NCBI GenBank assembly: GCA_038740375.1
Contig: JAVYLW010000002.1
Span: forward strand, 81,877 to 145,876
Origin: Candidatus Pacearchaeota archaeon
GTDB taxonomy: Archaea > Nanobdellota > Nanobdellia > Pacearchaeales > GW2011-AR1
Reading direction: 5' to 3'
DNA: 64,000 bases
This document shows positions 49,090-59,464 of the stretch, piece by piece. Each line of letters opens with the position of its first letter. Positions within the stretch are counted from its first letter, which is position 1. Below the pieces are notes generated by a model. It ran no database searches, had not been told where the DNA came from, and saw nothing but the letters and a program-made list of their open reading frames with translations. Both the position numbers and the translations under genes were made by a program.

Positions 49090-50025
49090 TCACCTATTAA
49101 TCCTAGTTTTAATCCTGTCTATATAATTAAAACATGCTAACGCAGCTTTAGCACCTTCTCCTGCTGCAATTATTATTTGCTTTGATGGAACATCTGTAAC
49201 ATCTCCAGCAGCAAATATTCCTTTCACAGATGTCATATTTTCTTCAAAAGACTTAGTAGTTCTCTTTATTTTAATTTCATTATTCTTATTTTTTTCAATA
49301 ATTTTTGCAAAACTAACATTTGGAATTAATCCAATTTCAATAAAAACTCCTTGAACTGAAATATCTATATATTTTTTATTCTTAAGAAATTTAATCCCAT
49401 TTACGTTTTTATCTCCAAAAATTTCAACAATCCTAACTTCAGAAATGTAAGTAACTTTTTTATCATTAAGAACTTTATCTCTTAAAAAAGGTTCTCCAGA
49501 AAGTTTTTTAGCTTCATCTAACAAATAAATTTTCCGTGCATATTTTGACAAAATAAGGCAAGCATCAAAAGCAGAGTTTCTTCCGCCAATAACAGCAACA
49601 TCTTTATCTTTAAAAAAAATTGCATCACAAATAGCACAATAACTAACACCTCTTCCTAAAAACTTGTCTTCTCCAGGAACATTTAACTTCTTTGAACTCT
49701 TTCCAGAAGCAATAATTACAGAATAAGTCTCATAAAAATTTTCAGAAGTCTTAACAATAAACATCTTATTTTTTTTAACTATATCAATAACTTCTTCAAA
49801 TTTTACATTAATATTATAATCTCTCATATTTTGCTTAAATTTCTGAGTTAAATCTACTCCAGAAATAAAATGAAAACCTGGATAGTTTTCAACATCAGAA
49901 CTATAACTCATTTGTCCACCAATATTTTTAGAAATTATCAAAAAATTAATTTTTCTTCTAGCTGCATATATTCCTGCAGTAATTCCAGCAGGTCCAGCTC
50001 CTATAATTATCAAATCATAAATCAT
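49090..50025 (-). CDS. trxB: Thioredoxin-disulfide reductase
   Basis: DLIIIGAGPAGITAGIYAAR, redox-active CAICDA, GGRNSA and AAGDV. Confidence 0.85.
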   Translation of the reverse strand: MIYDLIIIGAGPAGITAGIYAARRKINFLIISKNIGGQMSYSSDVENYPGFHFISGVDLTQKFKQNMRDYNINVKFEEVIDIVKKNKMFIVKTSENFYETYSVIIASGKSSKKLNVPGEDKFLGRGVSYCAICDAIFFKDKDVAVIGGRNSAFDACLILSKYARKIYLLDEAKKLSGEPFLRDKVLNDKKVTYISEVRIVEIFGDKNVNGIKFLKNKKYIDISVQGVFIEIGLIPNVSFAKIIEKNKNNEIKIKRTTKSFEENMTSVKGIFAAGDVTDVPSKQIIIAAGEGAKAALACFNYIDRIKTRINR

Positions 50026-50178
50026 ATTTAACTAATATTTTTAATAAAAAGAAATAAAATTTTTTAAACTTAACTAAAATTAAATCAAACAGATTAAAAA
50101 AAATTCTAAAAAATTTTATATACTTTTATGAGGTTTATTATAATATAATTTAAAAAGTGTATTATTCTTTAATTTAAT

Positions 50179-50634
50179 ATGCTAGAAAATAAAGTTATTC
50201 CATTAAGAGAGAGGCCTAGAAACAGAAAATTAATAACACCAAGTGAAATTCTTTCAGCAGCAGTTTATTATTCTTACGATATTTTAAATTCCATTGCTTA
50301 TTTTAAATTTAATAATTTTGAGCTATATAGACATTTTGAAAAAACCTTAACAGAAAATCTTGAATATGGAATGAAAATTAAAAGAGGATTTGATGAAATT
50401 TTAATGGATGAAATAAACTATATTCTTGATAAAGAATCTTGTTTACTAATACCTCAAAAATCACAAAATGGAATTATCTATAAATCAAGAAAAAACATTG
50501 GAATGTTTTATGACTCATTGTTTGTCCTAACAAAAGCTGTTGCATTAGAATTAGGTATAGAATTTTTTATGGAATTTGGATGTGATAAACATGGAATTTT
50601 AGGAGAAAATACGCCTATTTCTATTTGTATATGA
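50179..50634 (+). CDS. Hypothetical protein (151 aa)
   Basis: ORF only, no recognised motif. Confidence 0.4.
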   Translation: MLENKVIPLRERPRNRKLITPSEILSAAVYYSYDILNSIAYFKFNNFELYRHFEKTLTENLEYGMKIKRGFDEILMDEINYILDKESCLLIPQKSQNGIIYKSRKNIGMFYDSLFVLTKAVALELGIEFFMEFGCDKHGILGENTPISICI

Positions 50635-50760
50635 TTTTAAAATTTCACAAGAAAGATTACAAATAAAGATTATTAAAAACTAAAAGAAAGCATAATCAGA
50701 AAAACTCGTTTCTTCGTATTCATCATTAAATCGATAAAATAAAACTTTATTAAAAATTTA

Positions 50761-52161
50761 TCAATATCGATAATGTGCAGGTTTATAAGGTCCTTCTTTT
50801 TTAACTCCAATATAATTTGCTTGTTTTTCTGTTAAAATTGTTAATTTAGCTCCAAGTTTTTTTAAATGCAACCTTGCAACTTCTTCATCTAATTCCTTTG
50901 GAAGCATATACACGTTTATTTCATGTTTCTTTGTCCAAAGCTCTATCTGTGCTAAAACTTGATTTGTAAAAGAATTTGACATTACAAAACTTGGATGTCC
51001 TGTCGCACAACCAAGATTTACTAATCTACCTTCAGCTAAAATAAATATTTCATGGCCATCATCAAAAATATATTTATCAACCTGAGGTTTTATATTTATT
51101 TTTTTTGCTCCCTTAAAATTATTAAGTTCATTTACTTGAATTTCATTGTCAAAATGACCTATATTACAAACAATTGATTGATCTTTCATTTTTTTCATAT
51201 GTTCTAAAGTTATTACATCACAATTTCCTGTAGCAGTTATAAAAATATCTGCTTCTGCAAGTGAATCTTCAACTGTTTTAACTTCGTAACCTTCCATTGC
51301 TGCTTGCAAAGCACATATAGGATCTATTTCAGTTACAATCACTCTTGCTCCAAAACCTCTCATTGATTGACAACATCCTTTTCCTACATCTCCATATCCA
51401 CAAACAACAACAGTTTTTCCTGCAACCATAACACCGGTTGCTCTTTTTATTCCATCTGCTAAACTTTCTCTGCAACCATATAAGTTATCAAATTTAGATT
51501 TTGTTACAGAATCATTTACGTTTATAGCAGGAAATAACAATTTTTTTTGTTCAAGCATTTGATAGAGTCTATGAACTCCAGTAGTAGTTTCTTCTGATAC
51601 TCCTTTAATATCTTTAACTCTTTTATGCCAAAATTGATTATCTTTTTGATAAATTTCTTTCAACATAAGTATTAGCTGTTTAAAATCTTCACCTTCATTT
51701 GAATAATCGTTATTTATTAGTTCAGGATTATTTTCTATTTCTATTCCTTTATGAATCATTAAAGTAGCATCACCACCATCATCAACTATTAAATTAGGAC
51801 CAAGATTATTTCCAAAATCTAATGCTCTATATGTGCACCACCAATAATCTCTAAGTGTTTCACCTTTCCAAGCAAATACAGAAGTGCCTGTTTTTGCTAT
51901 AGCAGCTGCAGCTTCGTCTTGTGTTGAAAATATGTTACAAGAACACCATCTAACCTCTGCTCCTAATATCTTTAAAGTTTCAATTAACACTGCTGTTTCA
52001 GTCGTCATATGTAAACTTCCTGTTATTCTTGCATTTTTTAAAGGTTTAGTTTTGCCATATTTTTCTCTTATTGACATTAAACCAGGCATTTCTTTTTCAG
52101 ATATTTCTATTTCTTTTCTGCCTAAATCAGCTAAACTAATATCTTTCACCTTATATTCCAT
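50761..52161 (-). CDS. ahcY: Adenosylhomocysteinase (long form with internal insertion)
   Basis: [16 protein letters not shown]...EMPGLM...DDGGDAT...GYGDVGKG...IGHFDNEI...YRY. 466 aa. Confidence 0.95.
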   Translation of the reverse strand: MEYKVKDISLADLGRKEIEISEKEMPGLMSIREKYGKTKPLKNARITGSLHMTTETAVLIETLKILGAEVRWCSCNIFSTQDEAAAAIAKTGTSVFAWKGETLRDYWWCTYRALDFGNNLGPNLIVDDGGDATLMIHKGIEIENNPELINNDYSNEGEDFKQLILMLKEIYQKDNQFWHKRVKDIKGVSEETTTGVHRLYQMLEQKKLLFPAINVNDSVTKSKFDNLYGCRESLADGIKRATGVMVAGKTVVVCGYGDVGKGCCQSMRGFGARVIVTEIDPICALQAAMEGYEVKTVEDSLAEADIFITATGNCDVITLEHMKKMKDQSIVCNIGHFDNEIQVNELNNFKGAKKINIKPQVDKYIFDDGHEIFILAEGRLVNLGCATGHPSFVMSNSFTNQVLAQIELWTKKHEINVYMLPKELDEEVARLHLKKLGAKLTILTEKQANYIGVKKEGPYKPAHYRY

Positions 52162-52401
52162 TTTTATAAAAATGATTTAAATTTTCATGTTAATAAATTT
52201 TGTGTATTATTTACGTCTAAGAAAATCTCTCGTATTCTTAACTAAGAATATAACATAAATACATTAACTTAGAATACTCCATAATTTGTAACCTTTAGAA
52301 ATTAAAAGCAAAAATAATTTTTATTTTACTAATTAAAATAAAAAATTTATAATTATTAACTATAAGAAAAACTTATAATATAAGTTCTCTTTATATTTTA
52401 T

Positions 52402-52719
52402 ATGCACAAAAAAACTATTTCAGAAATAGAAAGCATTTATGATTTAGAGTTAGAAAGAATAATAAAAACTATCCAAAAGGAAAAAGCAAAGAGAATTTTA
52501 TTACAATTTCCAGATGGCATGAAACCATATTCGCTAACAATTGCAAACGAAATAGAAGAAAAAACAAAAGCAAAGTGTTTTATATGGCTTGGAACATGTT
52601 TTGGTGCATGTGATATTCCTTTAGAAGTAGAAAAACAAGGAATTGACTTAATAATTCAATTTGGTCATAGCCCTTGGAATTATAAAAGTTTTAATAAAAA
52701 TTTAAAAATCCTTAAATAA
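52402..52719 (+). CDS. dph2: Dph2 (2-(3-amino-3-carboxypropyl)histidine synthase) N-terminal fragment: truncated pseudogene or split gene
   Basis: YDLELERIIKTIQKEKAKRILLQFPDGMKPYSLTIANEIE...LGTCFGACDIPLEVEKQGIDLIIQFGHS matches the N-terminal ~100 aa of archaeal Dph2. The ORF stops at 105 aa and no continuation is visible in 52720-52962. Confidence 0.6.
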   Translation: MHKKTISEIESIYDLELERIIKTIQKEKAKRILLQFPDGMKPYSLTIANEIEEKTKAKCFIWLGTCFGACDIPLEVEKQGIDLIIQFGHSPWNYKSFNKNLKILK

Positions 52720-52962
52720 TTCTCAATTTTAATATTTTTAAATTATTAACATTTATTAAAATATATAAAGCTAATAAAAATTATAATCTCCTCTCTATTT
52801 ATTTAAAACATATTATCCTTAAATTGATTAATTAAAATTTGAAAAGACCAAAGTTTCTATAATCTCTAAAATTTTTCTTTTAATATACCTGTATTATTAA
52901 ATTCAATAAAAGAAATTTACAAAAAATCAAAAATTTATAAAATTTCTTAAATAAATTAGATT

Positions 52963-53703
52963 TTAACCTATGAAAATTTTAGCGCTTATTAATAAAAGTA
53001 TTCCTAAAATAAGAGCTATTATGTTAAAAATTATTTTATCTTTATTATTTTTATTAAAAATTTCTGGAAATAAGTCCATGAAAGCTATATATAAGAATCC
53101 TCCTGCTGCTATTGGTAAAATAAATAGTGCAATATCTTTTATTCCTATAAAATAAAATCCTAATATTCCTCCTAGAATAGATGTTGTTTGAGCAAAAAAA
53201 TTATAAAATATAGCTTTAACTTTTGAAAAACCTCCATATACTAAAACTCCAAAATTTCCTATCTCTTGAGGAAGTTCATGAGATATAATTAAAAAACTTG
53301 TTAATATACCTAAAGGTATTGAAATAATAAAAGAACTTGCAATTATTAAACCATCTACAAAATTATGAATTGCATCTCCATATAACATAAGATAGGTATA
53401 AGGATGTTTTTCACATTTCTCATTTTTATGACAGTGATGCCAGTGCAACACTTTTTCTATTGAATAAAAAATTGCAAAACCTGAAATTATAAGAATTACA
53501 GTTTTAATTAATTTCAACTCTTTATAAGACTCAGGTATTAAATGAAATAACGCTCCTCCTATTAAAGCTCCTGTAGCAAATGCTACCATTATTATTAACA
53601 TCTTATTTAATGATTTTTTGGATAAGAAGAAAGAAAAAGCTCCGCAAAAAGCTAAAAGACCATTTATTAATGTCATCAATATTATCCAATATATAGTTTC
53701 CAT
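52963..53703 (-). CDS. ZIP-family divalent metal (zinc) transporter
   Basis: About 8 TM helices, a His-rich loop (HWHHCHKNEKCEKH), and HNFVDG and HELPQEIGNFGVL motifs. Confidence 0.8.
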   Translation of the reverse strand: METIYWIILMTLINGLLAFCGAFSFFLSKKSLNKMLIIMVAFATGALIGGALFHLIPESYKELKLIKTVILIISGFAIFYSIEKVLHWHHCHKNEKCEKHPYTYLMLYGDAIHNFVDGLIIASSFIISIPLGILTSFLIISHELPQEIGNFGVLVYGGFSKVKAIFYNFFAQTTSILGGILGFYFIGIKDIALFILPIAAGGFLYIAFMDLFPEIFNKNNKDKIIFNIIALILGILLLISAKIFIG

Positions 53704-54019
53704 TTGTTTAAGAAATTTTTTTCATATTTAAATTATTTTGTTGAATAATGTTATAATTTATTATAAGTTGTAAGTTATTTTTATTTTTATCTCGGTAACT
53801 TAACTATTTATAAAGCTTAATTAATATAAATATAAATTAATTATTATATAATCATTTTAAAAAAATTAAAAATAATTTATTAAACCCTATTAAAAACTTA
53901 TCAATAACTGAAAAAGCATATTTACATTATTTACGTTTATAAAATCTATTTGAAAATACGTTAATGATATAATAATTTTTTATAAGATTAAATAAATTTA
54001 TTAGTCTTTGAAAAAATTA

Positions 54020-54099
54020 CGCCCTCACTGGGAATCGAACCCAGGAGTCCAAAGGACTGCGCTCTCCAAGCGCATGCACTACCACTATGCGATGAGGGC
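54020..54099 (-). tRNA. tRNA-Ser (anticodon GGA), class II with long variable arm, no encoded CCA
   Basis: Minus-strand read: GCCCTCA TC GCAT AGTGGTA GTGC A TGCGC TTGGAGA GCGCA GTCCTTTGGACTC CTGGG TTCGATT CCCAG TGAGGGC G. It has a 7-bp acceptor, a 5-bp anticodon stem and a GGA anticodon in a 7-nt loop. It is a GC-rich island in AT-rich DNA. Confidence 0.9.
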
Positions 54100-54278
54100 T
54101 TAATGCTTATTAATTAATCCTATTAATTAAGAATAAATAGAAATAACTATAATAAAAATTTTTCGGGAAAAAAATATTTTTTCAATTTAGATAATTAAAA
54201 TAATAGTTTAATAAAAATAATTTATATTTTTTCATATCAAAACATTTATTAACTTTATTAATTTCTTATAAAGTAAAA

Positions 54279-55265
54279 ATGGTGAATAATATTGCAATAA
54301 ACGGTCTTGGAAGAATAGGAAGAGTTTTTCTTAAAATAGCCATTGAAAAAGGAATTAAAGTAATTGCTATTAATGACATTGTTGATATTCCTACGATTGT
54401 TTATTTTATGAAATATGATTCTGTTTATGGTCCTTACAAAGAAAAAATAGAAACTGGCAATGATTTTATTAAAATTAAAGGAAAAAAAATTCTTGTTTAT
54501 AATGAAAAAGATCCTGAAAAACTACCTTGGAAAAAATTAGGTATTGATGTTGTTATTGAATCAACTGGTGTTTTTACAGATAGAGAGAGTTGTATGAAAC
54601 ATATTAAAGCAGGCGCTAAAAAAGTTATTTTATCTGCTCCTGGAGATAATATGGATATTACTGTTGTTCCTGGAGTTAATATGGACTTGTTAAAAAAAGA
54701 ACATACCATCATTTCTATGGCTTCTTGCACAACAAACTGCCTTGCTCCTATTGTAAAAGTATTAAATGATAATTTTAAAATTGAAAAAGGCTACATGACA
54801 ACTTGTCATGCTTATACTAACGATCAAAGAATTGTAGATAGTCCTCACAAAAAATTAAGAAGAGGAAGAGCAGGTGCTATAAATATTATTCCAACATCAA
54901 CAGGTGCTGCAAAATCTGTCGGAGAAGTAATACCCTCTTTAAAAGGAAAATTAGACGGGCTTTCTCTTCGAGTTCCAACTTCTTGCGGTAGTATAGTTGA
55001 TTTTGTTTGTATTGTTAGTAAACCTACTACAAAAGAAGAAGTAAATGAAGTAATTAAAAAAGCATCTTTAAATGAATTAAAAGGAATTCTAGAGTATACT
55101 GAAGATGAAATTGTTTCAACAGACATAATAGGAAATTCAAGCTCTTCTGTTTTTGATTCAAAATTAACTCAAGTTAATGGAAATATGATAAAAGTTCTTT
55201 CATGGTATGATAATGAATATGGATATTCTAATAGATTAGTAGACTTAGTTAAAACTATAAGATAA
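54279..55265 (+). CDS. gap: Glyceraldehyde-3-phosphate dehydrogenase, class I (bacterial/eukaryal type)
   Basis: IAINGLGRIGR, active site SCTTNCLAP, and WYDNEYGYSNR. Confidence 0.9.
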   Translation: MVNNIAINGLGRIGRVFLKIAIEKGIKVIAINDIVDIPTIVYFMKYDSVYGPYKEKIETGNDFIKIKGKKILVYNEKDPEKLPWKKLGIDVVIESTGVFTDRESCMKHIKAGAKKVILSAPGDNMDITVVPGVNMDLLKKEHTIISMASCTTNCLAPIVKVLNDNFKIEKGYMTTCHAYTNDQRIVDSPHKKLRRGRAGAINIIPTSTGAAKSVGEVIPSLKGKLDGLSLRVPTSCGSIVDFVCIVSKPTTKEEVNEVIKKASLNELKGILEYTEDEIVSTDIIGNSSSSVFDSKLTQVNGNMIKVLSWYDNEYGYSNRLVDLVKTIR

Positions 55266-55479
55266 TTATTGAAAAATAAAAAAATTAAATTAAGTTTAAT
55301 GAATATATCCAATTTTTAGAATAAAACAATATTTTAATAAATAAGATTCAAAAATCTTAGAAAAAAATTATATGATATATCTTAAAAATTCAATTTTTGA
55401 TTATTACTTTTTTAAAAATTTTAATTTTAGATTTCAAAAATTTTAAAAATAAGTTTATCTATTTAAAAAGAAAAATAAA

Positions 55480-56547
55480 ATGGATTTAAGCATAGTTATT
55501 CCAACATATAACGAAAAAGAAAATATTAAAGAGATTATCTCAAAGATTGAAAATGAGTTTAATAAAAATGATATAATTGGTGAAATAATTGTTGTAGACG
55601 ATAACTCTCCTGATGGAACCGGAGAAATTCTTGAAGAGTTAAAAAAAAATAAAAATAATTTAAAAGTTATTCATAGAAAAGGAAAATTAGGACTTTCATC
55701 AGCAGTATTAGAAGGATGGAAAATTGCAAAAGGAAAAGTAATAGGAGTGATAGATGCTGATTTAAGTCACCCTCCTGAAAAAATTAAAGAATTATTTTTT
55801 CCAATTAAAAATAATCAAGCAGATTTTACAATAGGAAGTAGATATATCCAAGGTGGAAAAATAGAAGGATGGAATTTTAAAAGAAAATTAATGTCTAAGA
55901 TTGCTACAATTTTAGCAAGAATATACACTAAAATTAAAGATCCTATGTCAGGTTTTTTTTTAATAAAAAAAGAGTGTATTGAAAATGTTCAACTTGATTC
56001 AAAGGGATTTAAAATACTTCTTGAGGTAATAATTAAAGGAAAATATTCTAGGATTAAAGAAATTCCAATTACCTTTGTTAACAGAACTAAAGGAAAAAGT
56101 AAAGCAGGAACAAAAGAAATAGTTTGGTATTTACAAAATTTAATAAGCTATTTGCCTTATAAAAAAAATATCATTTACGAATTTTTTAAATTTGCATTCA
56201 TTGGAGGAATTGGAACTTTAATTAATATATCAATATTATATTATTTAACAGAAAAATTTAAAATTTATTATTTATTAGCTGCAATATTTTCATTTTTTAT
56301 TGCAATGACTTTTAATTTCTTCTTGAATAAAATATGGACTTTTAAAGAAAAAATAAAATCAAACATCAAAAAAAAATATATTAAATTTTTTGCAGTTAGT
56401 ATAACTGCTTTATTAGTAAATCTTTTTTTTCTTTATATTTTTACAGAATTAATGAAAATTTATTATATAATTTCGCAAATTATGGCTATTGGAATAGCAT
56501 TAATAATAAATTTCTTGGGAAATAAATTATGGACATTTTCAGAATAA
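55480..56547 (+). CDS. Dolichyl-phosphate mannosyl/glycosyltransferase (GT2, Dpm1-like) fused to a GtrA-like membrane domain
   Basis: LSIVIPTYNEKENI...IIVVDDNSPDGT...VIDADLSHPP. The C-terminal 4-TM region has FAFIGGIGTLIN...NFFLNKIWTF (GtrA pattern). Confidence 0.8.
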   Translation: MDLSIVIPTYNEKENIKEIISKIENEFNKNDIIGEIIVVDDNSPDGTGEILEELKKNKNNLKVIHRKGKLGLSSAVLEGWKIAKGKVIGVIDADLSHPPEKIKELFFPIKNNQADFTIGSRYIQGGKIEGWNFKRKLMSKIATILARIYTKIKDPMSGFFLIKKECIENVQLDSKGFKILLEVIIKGKYSRIKEIPITFVNRTKGKSKAGTKEIVWYLQNLISYLPYKKNIIYEFFKFAFIGGIGTLINISILYYLTEKFKIYYLLAAIFSFFIAMTFNFFLNKIWTFKEKIKSNIKKKYIKFFAVSITALLVNLFFLYIFTELMKIYYIISQIMAIGIALIINFLGNKLWTFSE

Positions 56548-57344
56548 AAAGATTATTAAAATTGTTTCTTTTTGGATTAGTGATAGTATTTTTAGTATTG
56601 CATATCTTAACAACATTCTTTTTTTATTTTAATTTAAATAAAAATATAGAAAATAAAGATAAAGAAAATAAAGAAGAAGAAATTTCAAAAAATAAAGGAA
56701 TTATAAGTTTAGTGTTTGATGATGGATTAGAATCTCAATATAGTATTGCTTTTCAAAAGATGCGACATTATGAATTCAATGGAACTTTATTTTTACTTGC
56801 AAATCAAACAGGGTTTCTTGAAGGAAGAAAATTAATGAATTTTGAAAAAGCTAAAGAAATGCAAGACCACGGATGGGAAATTGGAAATCACGGATTAAAA
56901 CATGAACCAATTAAAGAGTCAAATCTTTTTGAACAATTAATTATTTCAAAAAAAATTTTAGAATCAAAAGGATTTTTTATAAATACTTTCGCATGTCCTA
57001 CGGGATGTAATGAATCTATTAAATCTTTAAGAGAAATCGGCAATAAAAATTATCTAACAGTAAGATCTTTAGATTGGGGAGAAAATAATTTATCTAGCTA
57101 TTCTCGGCAAAAACTAAATTCAAAATGGGTTAATAAAAAAAATAATGGAGAAGAAATTTGTAAATGGATAATAGACGCCTCAAAAAGAAATAATTGGCTG
57201 ATTCTAATCTTTCATGGAATCGAAGAGAAAAAACCCCGTCACCTGTATGATATATCAGAAGATGATTTTAATAAAATATTAGATTGCATAAACGAAAACA
57301 AAATTAAAACAAAAACAATAAGCGAAGTTTTAAAAAATGAATAA
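56529..57344 (+). CDS. Polysaccharide deacetylase (CE4/NodB-like), membrane anchored
   Basis: N-terminal TM, then ISLVFDDGLESQY (TFDDG-type motif) and HGWEIGNHG. Overlaps both neighbours. Confidence 0.7.
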   Translation: MDIFRIKRLLKLFLFGLVIVFLVLHILTTFFFYFNLNKNIENKDKENKEEEISKNKGIISLVFDDGLESQYSIAFQKMRHYEFNGTLFLLANQTGFLEGRKLMNFEKAKEMQDHGWEIGNHGLKHEPIKESNLFEQLIISKKILESKGFFINTFACPTGCNESIKSLREIGNKNYLTVRSLDWGENNLSSYSRQKLNSKWVNKKNNGEEICKWIIDASKRNNWLILIFHGIEEKKPRHLYDISEDDFNKILDCINENKIKTKTISEVLKNE

Positions 57345-59241
57345 AAAAAATATTTTTACAAATTTAATATGTGTTTTTTTAATACTTTCAATATCTATAA
57401 TTCTCTATCACAAACCTCTTTTTTCAAATAAACCTTTAGGATTAGATACGCTTGGACATCTCAGCAAAATTGCTTATTTAAAAGAGTTTGGATTAACAGT
57501 TCAATGGGATTTATCCTGGTATAATGGAGCACCTTTTCTTGCTTATTACTCTCCTCTTTATTATTTTCTTGTTTATTTCTTTGATAATATAATATTTGGA
57601 GCAAATTTATTATGTTGTATTAGTATATTTCTAACTTCATTAGGCATATTTCTTCTTATTAATTATTACTCTAAAAATAAATTTTATTCTTTAATATTTT
57701 CATTATTTTTTCTTTCTATTCTTTGTACTTCTTATTATTACATTTGTGTTGGAAATCTTCCATACATTTTCTCGATTTTTACAGTTCCCTTTACATTATT
57801 ATTTTTAGAAAAATCTATATCAAACAAAAAATATAGTTTTTTTGTTTACTCATTATTTTTTGTTTTAGCTTATTTATCACACATATTTGCAGCATTAACC
57901 TTATTTTTATTAGTAGTTTTAAGAATAAATATAAATTATATTCTTAAAAAAAATAAAAAGAATACGATTAAAAATTTAATAAAAGAAAATTTTATTTATC
58001 TATTAATTCCTATGCTCATATCATCATTTTGGTTTTTACCATTTCTCTTTAAATCTAAAAGTTTTATTGGAGATGAGAAAGGATATATTCCTACAATAAT
58101 TAACTTGTTTGGTTTTGGAAATTATATTATTTGGGGAAAATCTGCTGGAGAAATCGGAATCTTATTTAGTTTATTCATAATATCTCTCTTTTTTATAAAA
58201 AAATATCTTAAAGAAAAAAATGAGAAAATTATTTTTTTAATTGCAAGTTCAATTTTATTTTTTCTTTTATTAGAAGGTATTTTGGGAAAATTTTATCCAA
58301 CTGGAGTTGGTGCTATAAGATTTATCCTCCCATTTTCTATATTAATATGCATAGTGCCAGGAATAATATTCTCTGAAAAATTTAAAAATAACAAAAAGGT
58401 TATGTTATTTTTAATTTTCTTATTGATTTTAGGACTTTTTATAAATTATAAAGTAATAAAAGAGAATTACGAAAAATACAGTTATTCATCACCATATAAC
58501 AGATATGGTTTGATTAATTATGTATATTCTTCTAAAGATTTTCCGCTAAGAAATAATTACTCTAATTACAGATTTGGAACCTCAAAATATATATTCTCTG
58601 AAACTTTAAATTACAAATTTCCGTGGCAAAGTCAAACTTGGGGATATTTTGATCAAGGAATACTATATCCTGAGGAGTTAAATAAATTCAAAGAAGCCGT
58701 ATGGAGTTCAAAAGATATAAATGAAACTATTCTCTATCTAGATAAATTCGCAATAAAATACTTTGAAATAGGAGGTGAAAATCTAATATTTGATGGAAAA
58801 TTTAACAAAAGTGATGAATTTTATCTAATAATGAAAATAAACTTCTTTGATTATCCGTTTAAAATTTATGAATACAAAAAAGCAAAACCCATAATATCAG
58901 TGTTATTTAATAATTTTTCTTATGAATTCGAAAATAATTATAAAGTTATAAGAAATAATCCTGATAAGGTAATATTAAATTATAATTTTTCAGGAAACGA
59001 GATAATATATTTTAAAGAATCATTTCATAGATCTTGGAAAGCGTTTGACAAAAAAAATAAAAAAAATATTACTATAAAAAAAACAAAAGAAGGATTTATG
59101 ATGTTAACTCCGGAAAAAGGAGCAAATGAAGTAATTATTATTAAAACTAGAGCAATTGAAAAAAAAATAGGGATAATCTTATCAATAATAGGAATTCTAT
59201 TAATGATATATTATAGTTTTATCGGATTTAAAAAAGATTAA
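57337..59241 (+). CDS. Large polytopic membrane protein, GT-C-like (COG5617 / PTPS-related membrane protein-like)
   Basis: 634 aa with about 12 TM helices, a ~250-aa soluble domain and a terminal TM. The N-terminal GLDTLGHLSKIAYLKEFG...WYNGAPFLAYYSPLYY pattern suggests the family. The assignment is tentative. Confidence 0.4.
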   Translation: MNKKNIFTNLICVFLILSISIILYHKPLFSNKPLGLDTLGHLSKIAYLKEFGLTVQWDLSWYNGAPFLAYYSPLYYFLVYFFDNIIFGANLLCCISIFLTSLGIFLLINYYSKNKFYSLIFSLFFLSILCTSYYYICVGNLPYIFSIFTVPFTLLFLEKSISNKKYSFFVYSLFFVLAYLSHIFAALTLFLLVVLRININYILKKNKKNTIKNLIKENFIYLLIPMLISSFWFLPFLFKSKSFIGDEKGYIPTIINLFGFGNYIIWGKSAGEIGILFSLFIISLFFIKKYLKEKNEKIIFLIASSILFFLLLEGILGKFYPTGVGAIRFILPFSILICIVPGIIFSEKFKNNKKVMLFLIFLLILGLFINYKVIKENYEKYSYSSPYNRYGLINYVYSSKDFPLRNNYSNYRFGTSKYIFSETLNYKFPWQSQTWGYFDQGILYPEELNKFKEAVWSSKDINETILYLDKFAIKYFEIGGENLIFDGKFNKSDEFYLIMKINFFDYPFKIYEYKKAKPIISVLFNNFSYEFENNYKVIRNNPDKVILNYNFSGNEIIYFKESFHRSWKAFDKKNKKNITIKKTKEGFMMLTPEKGANEVIIIKTRAIEKKIGIILSIIGILLMIYYSFIGFKKD

Positions 59242-59464
59242 TTATTATATTAATTAAACTTTAATTTTTTTCATGACTAAAAACTACGTTTTTAGTTTTA
59301 TAATTTTTCTAAAAATAATTTTAATCTCTTGATTTTATTTTTTATTAATATTTATAATCAATATTTTATAATAATCTAATTTTTAAAATTTATTAATATA
59401 TTAATAAAATCTTATATATTTTTATTTAGATTAACTTTATAAGCACTTTTTTCATTCATTTTTT

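Noticed and set aside
54100-54278. I looked for an integrase gene or att-like direct repeats next to tRNA-Ser, as a sign of an integrated element.
   Set aside because: There is no integrase or recombinase ORF. I could not find a repeat of the tRNA 3' half on either side of the tRNA within the window.
57337-59241. Possible archaeal oligosaccharyltransferase AglB.
   Set aside because: No WWDYG-type motif is present; the closest string is TWGYFDQG. The N-terminal pattern fits a different polytopic family better, so it is kept only as GT-C-like.
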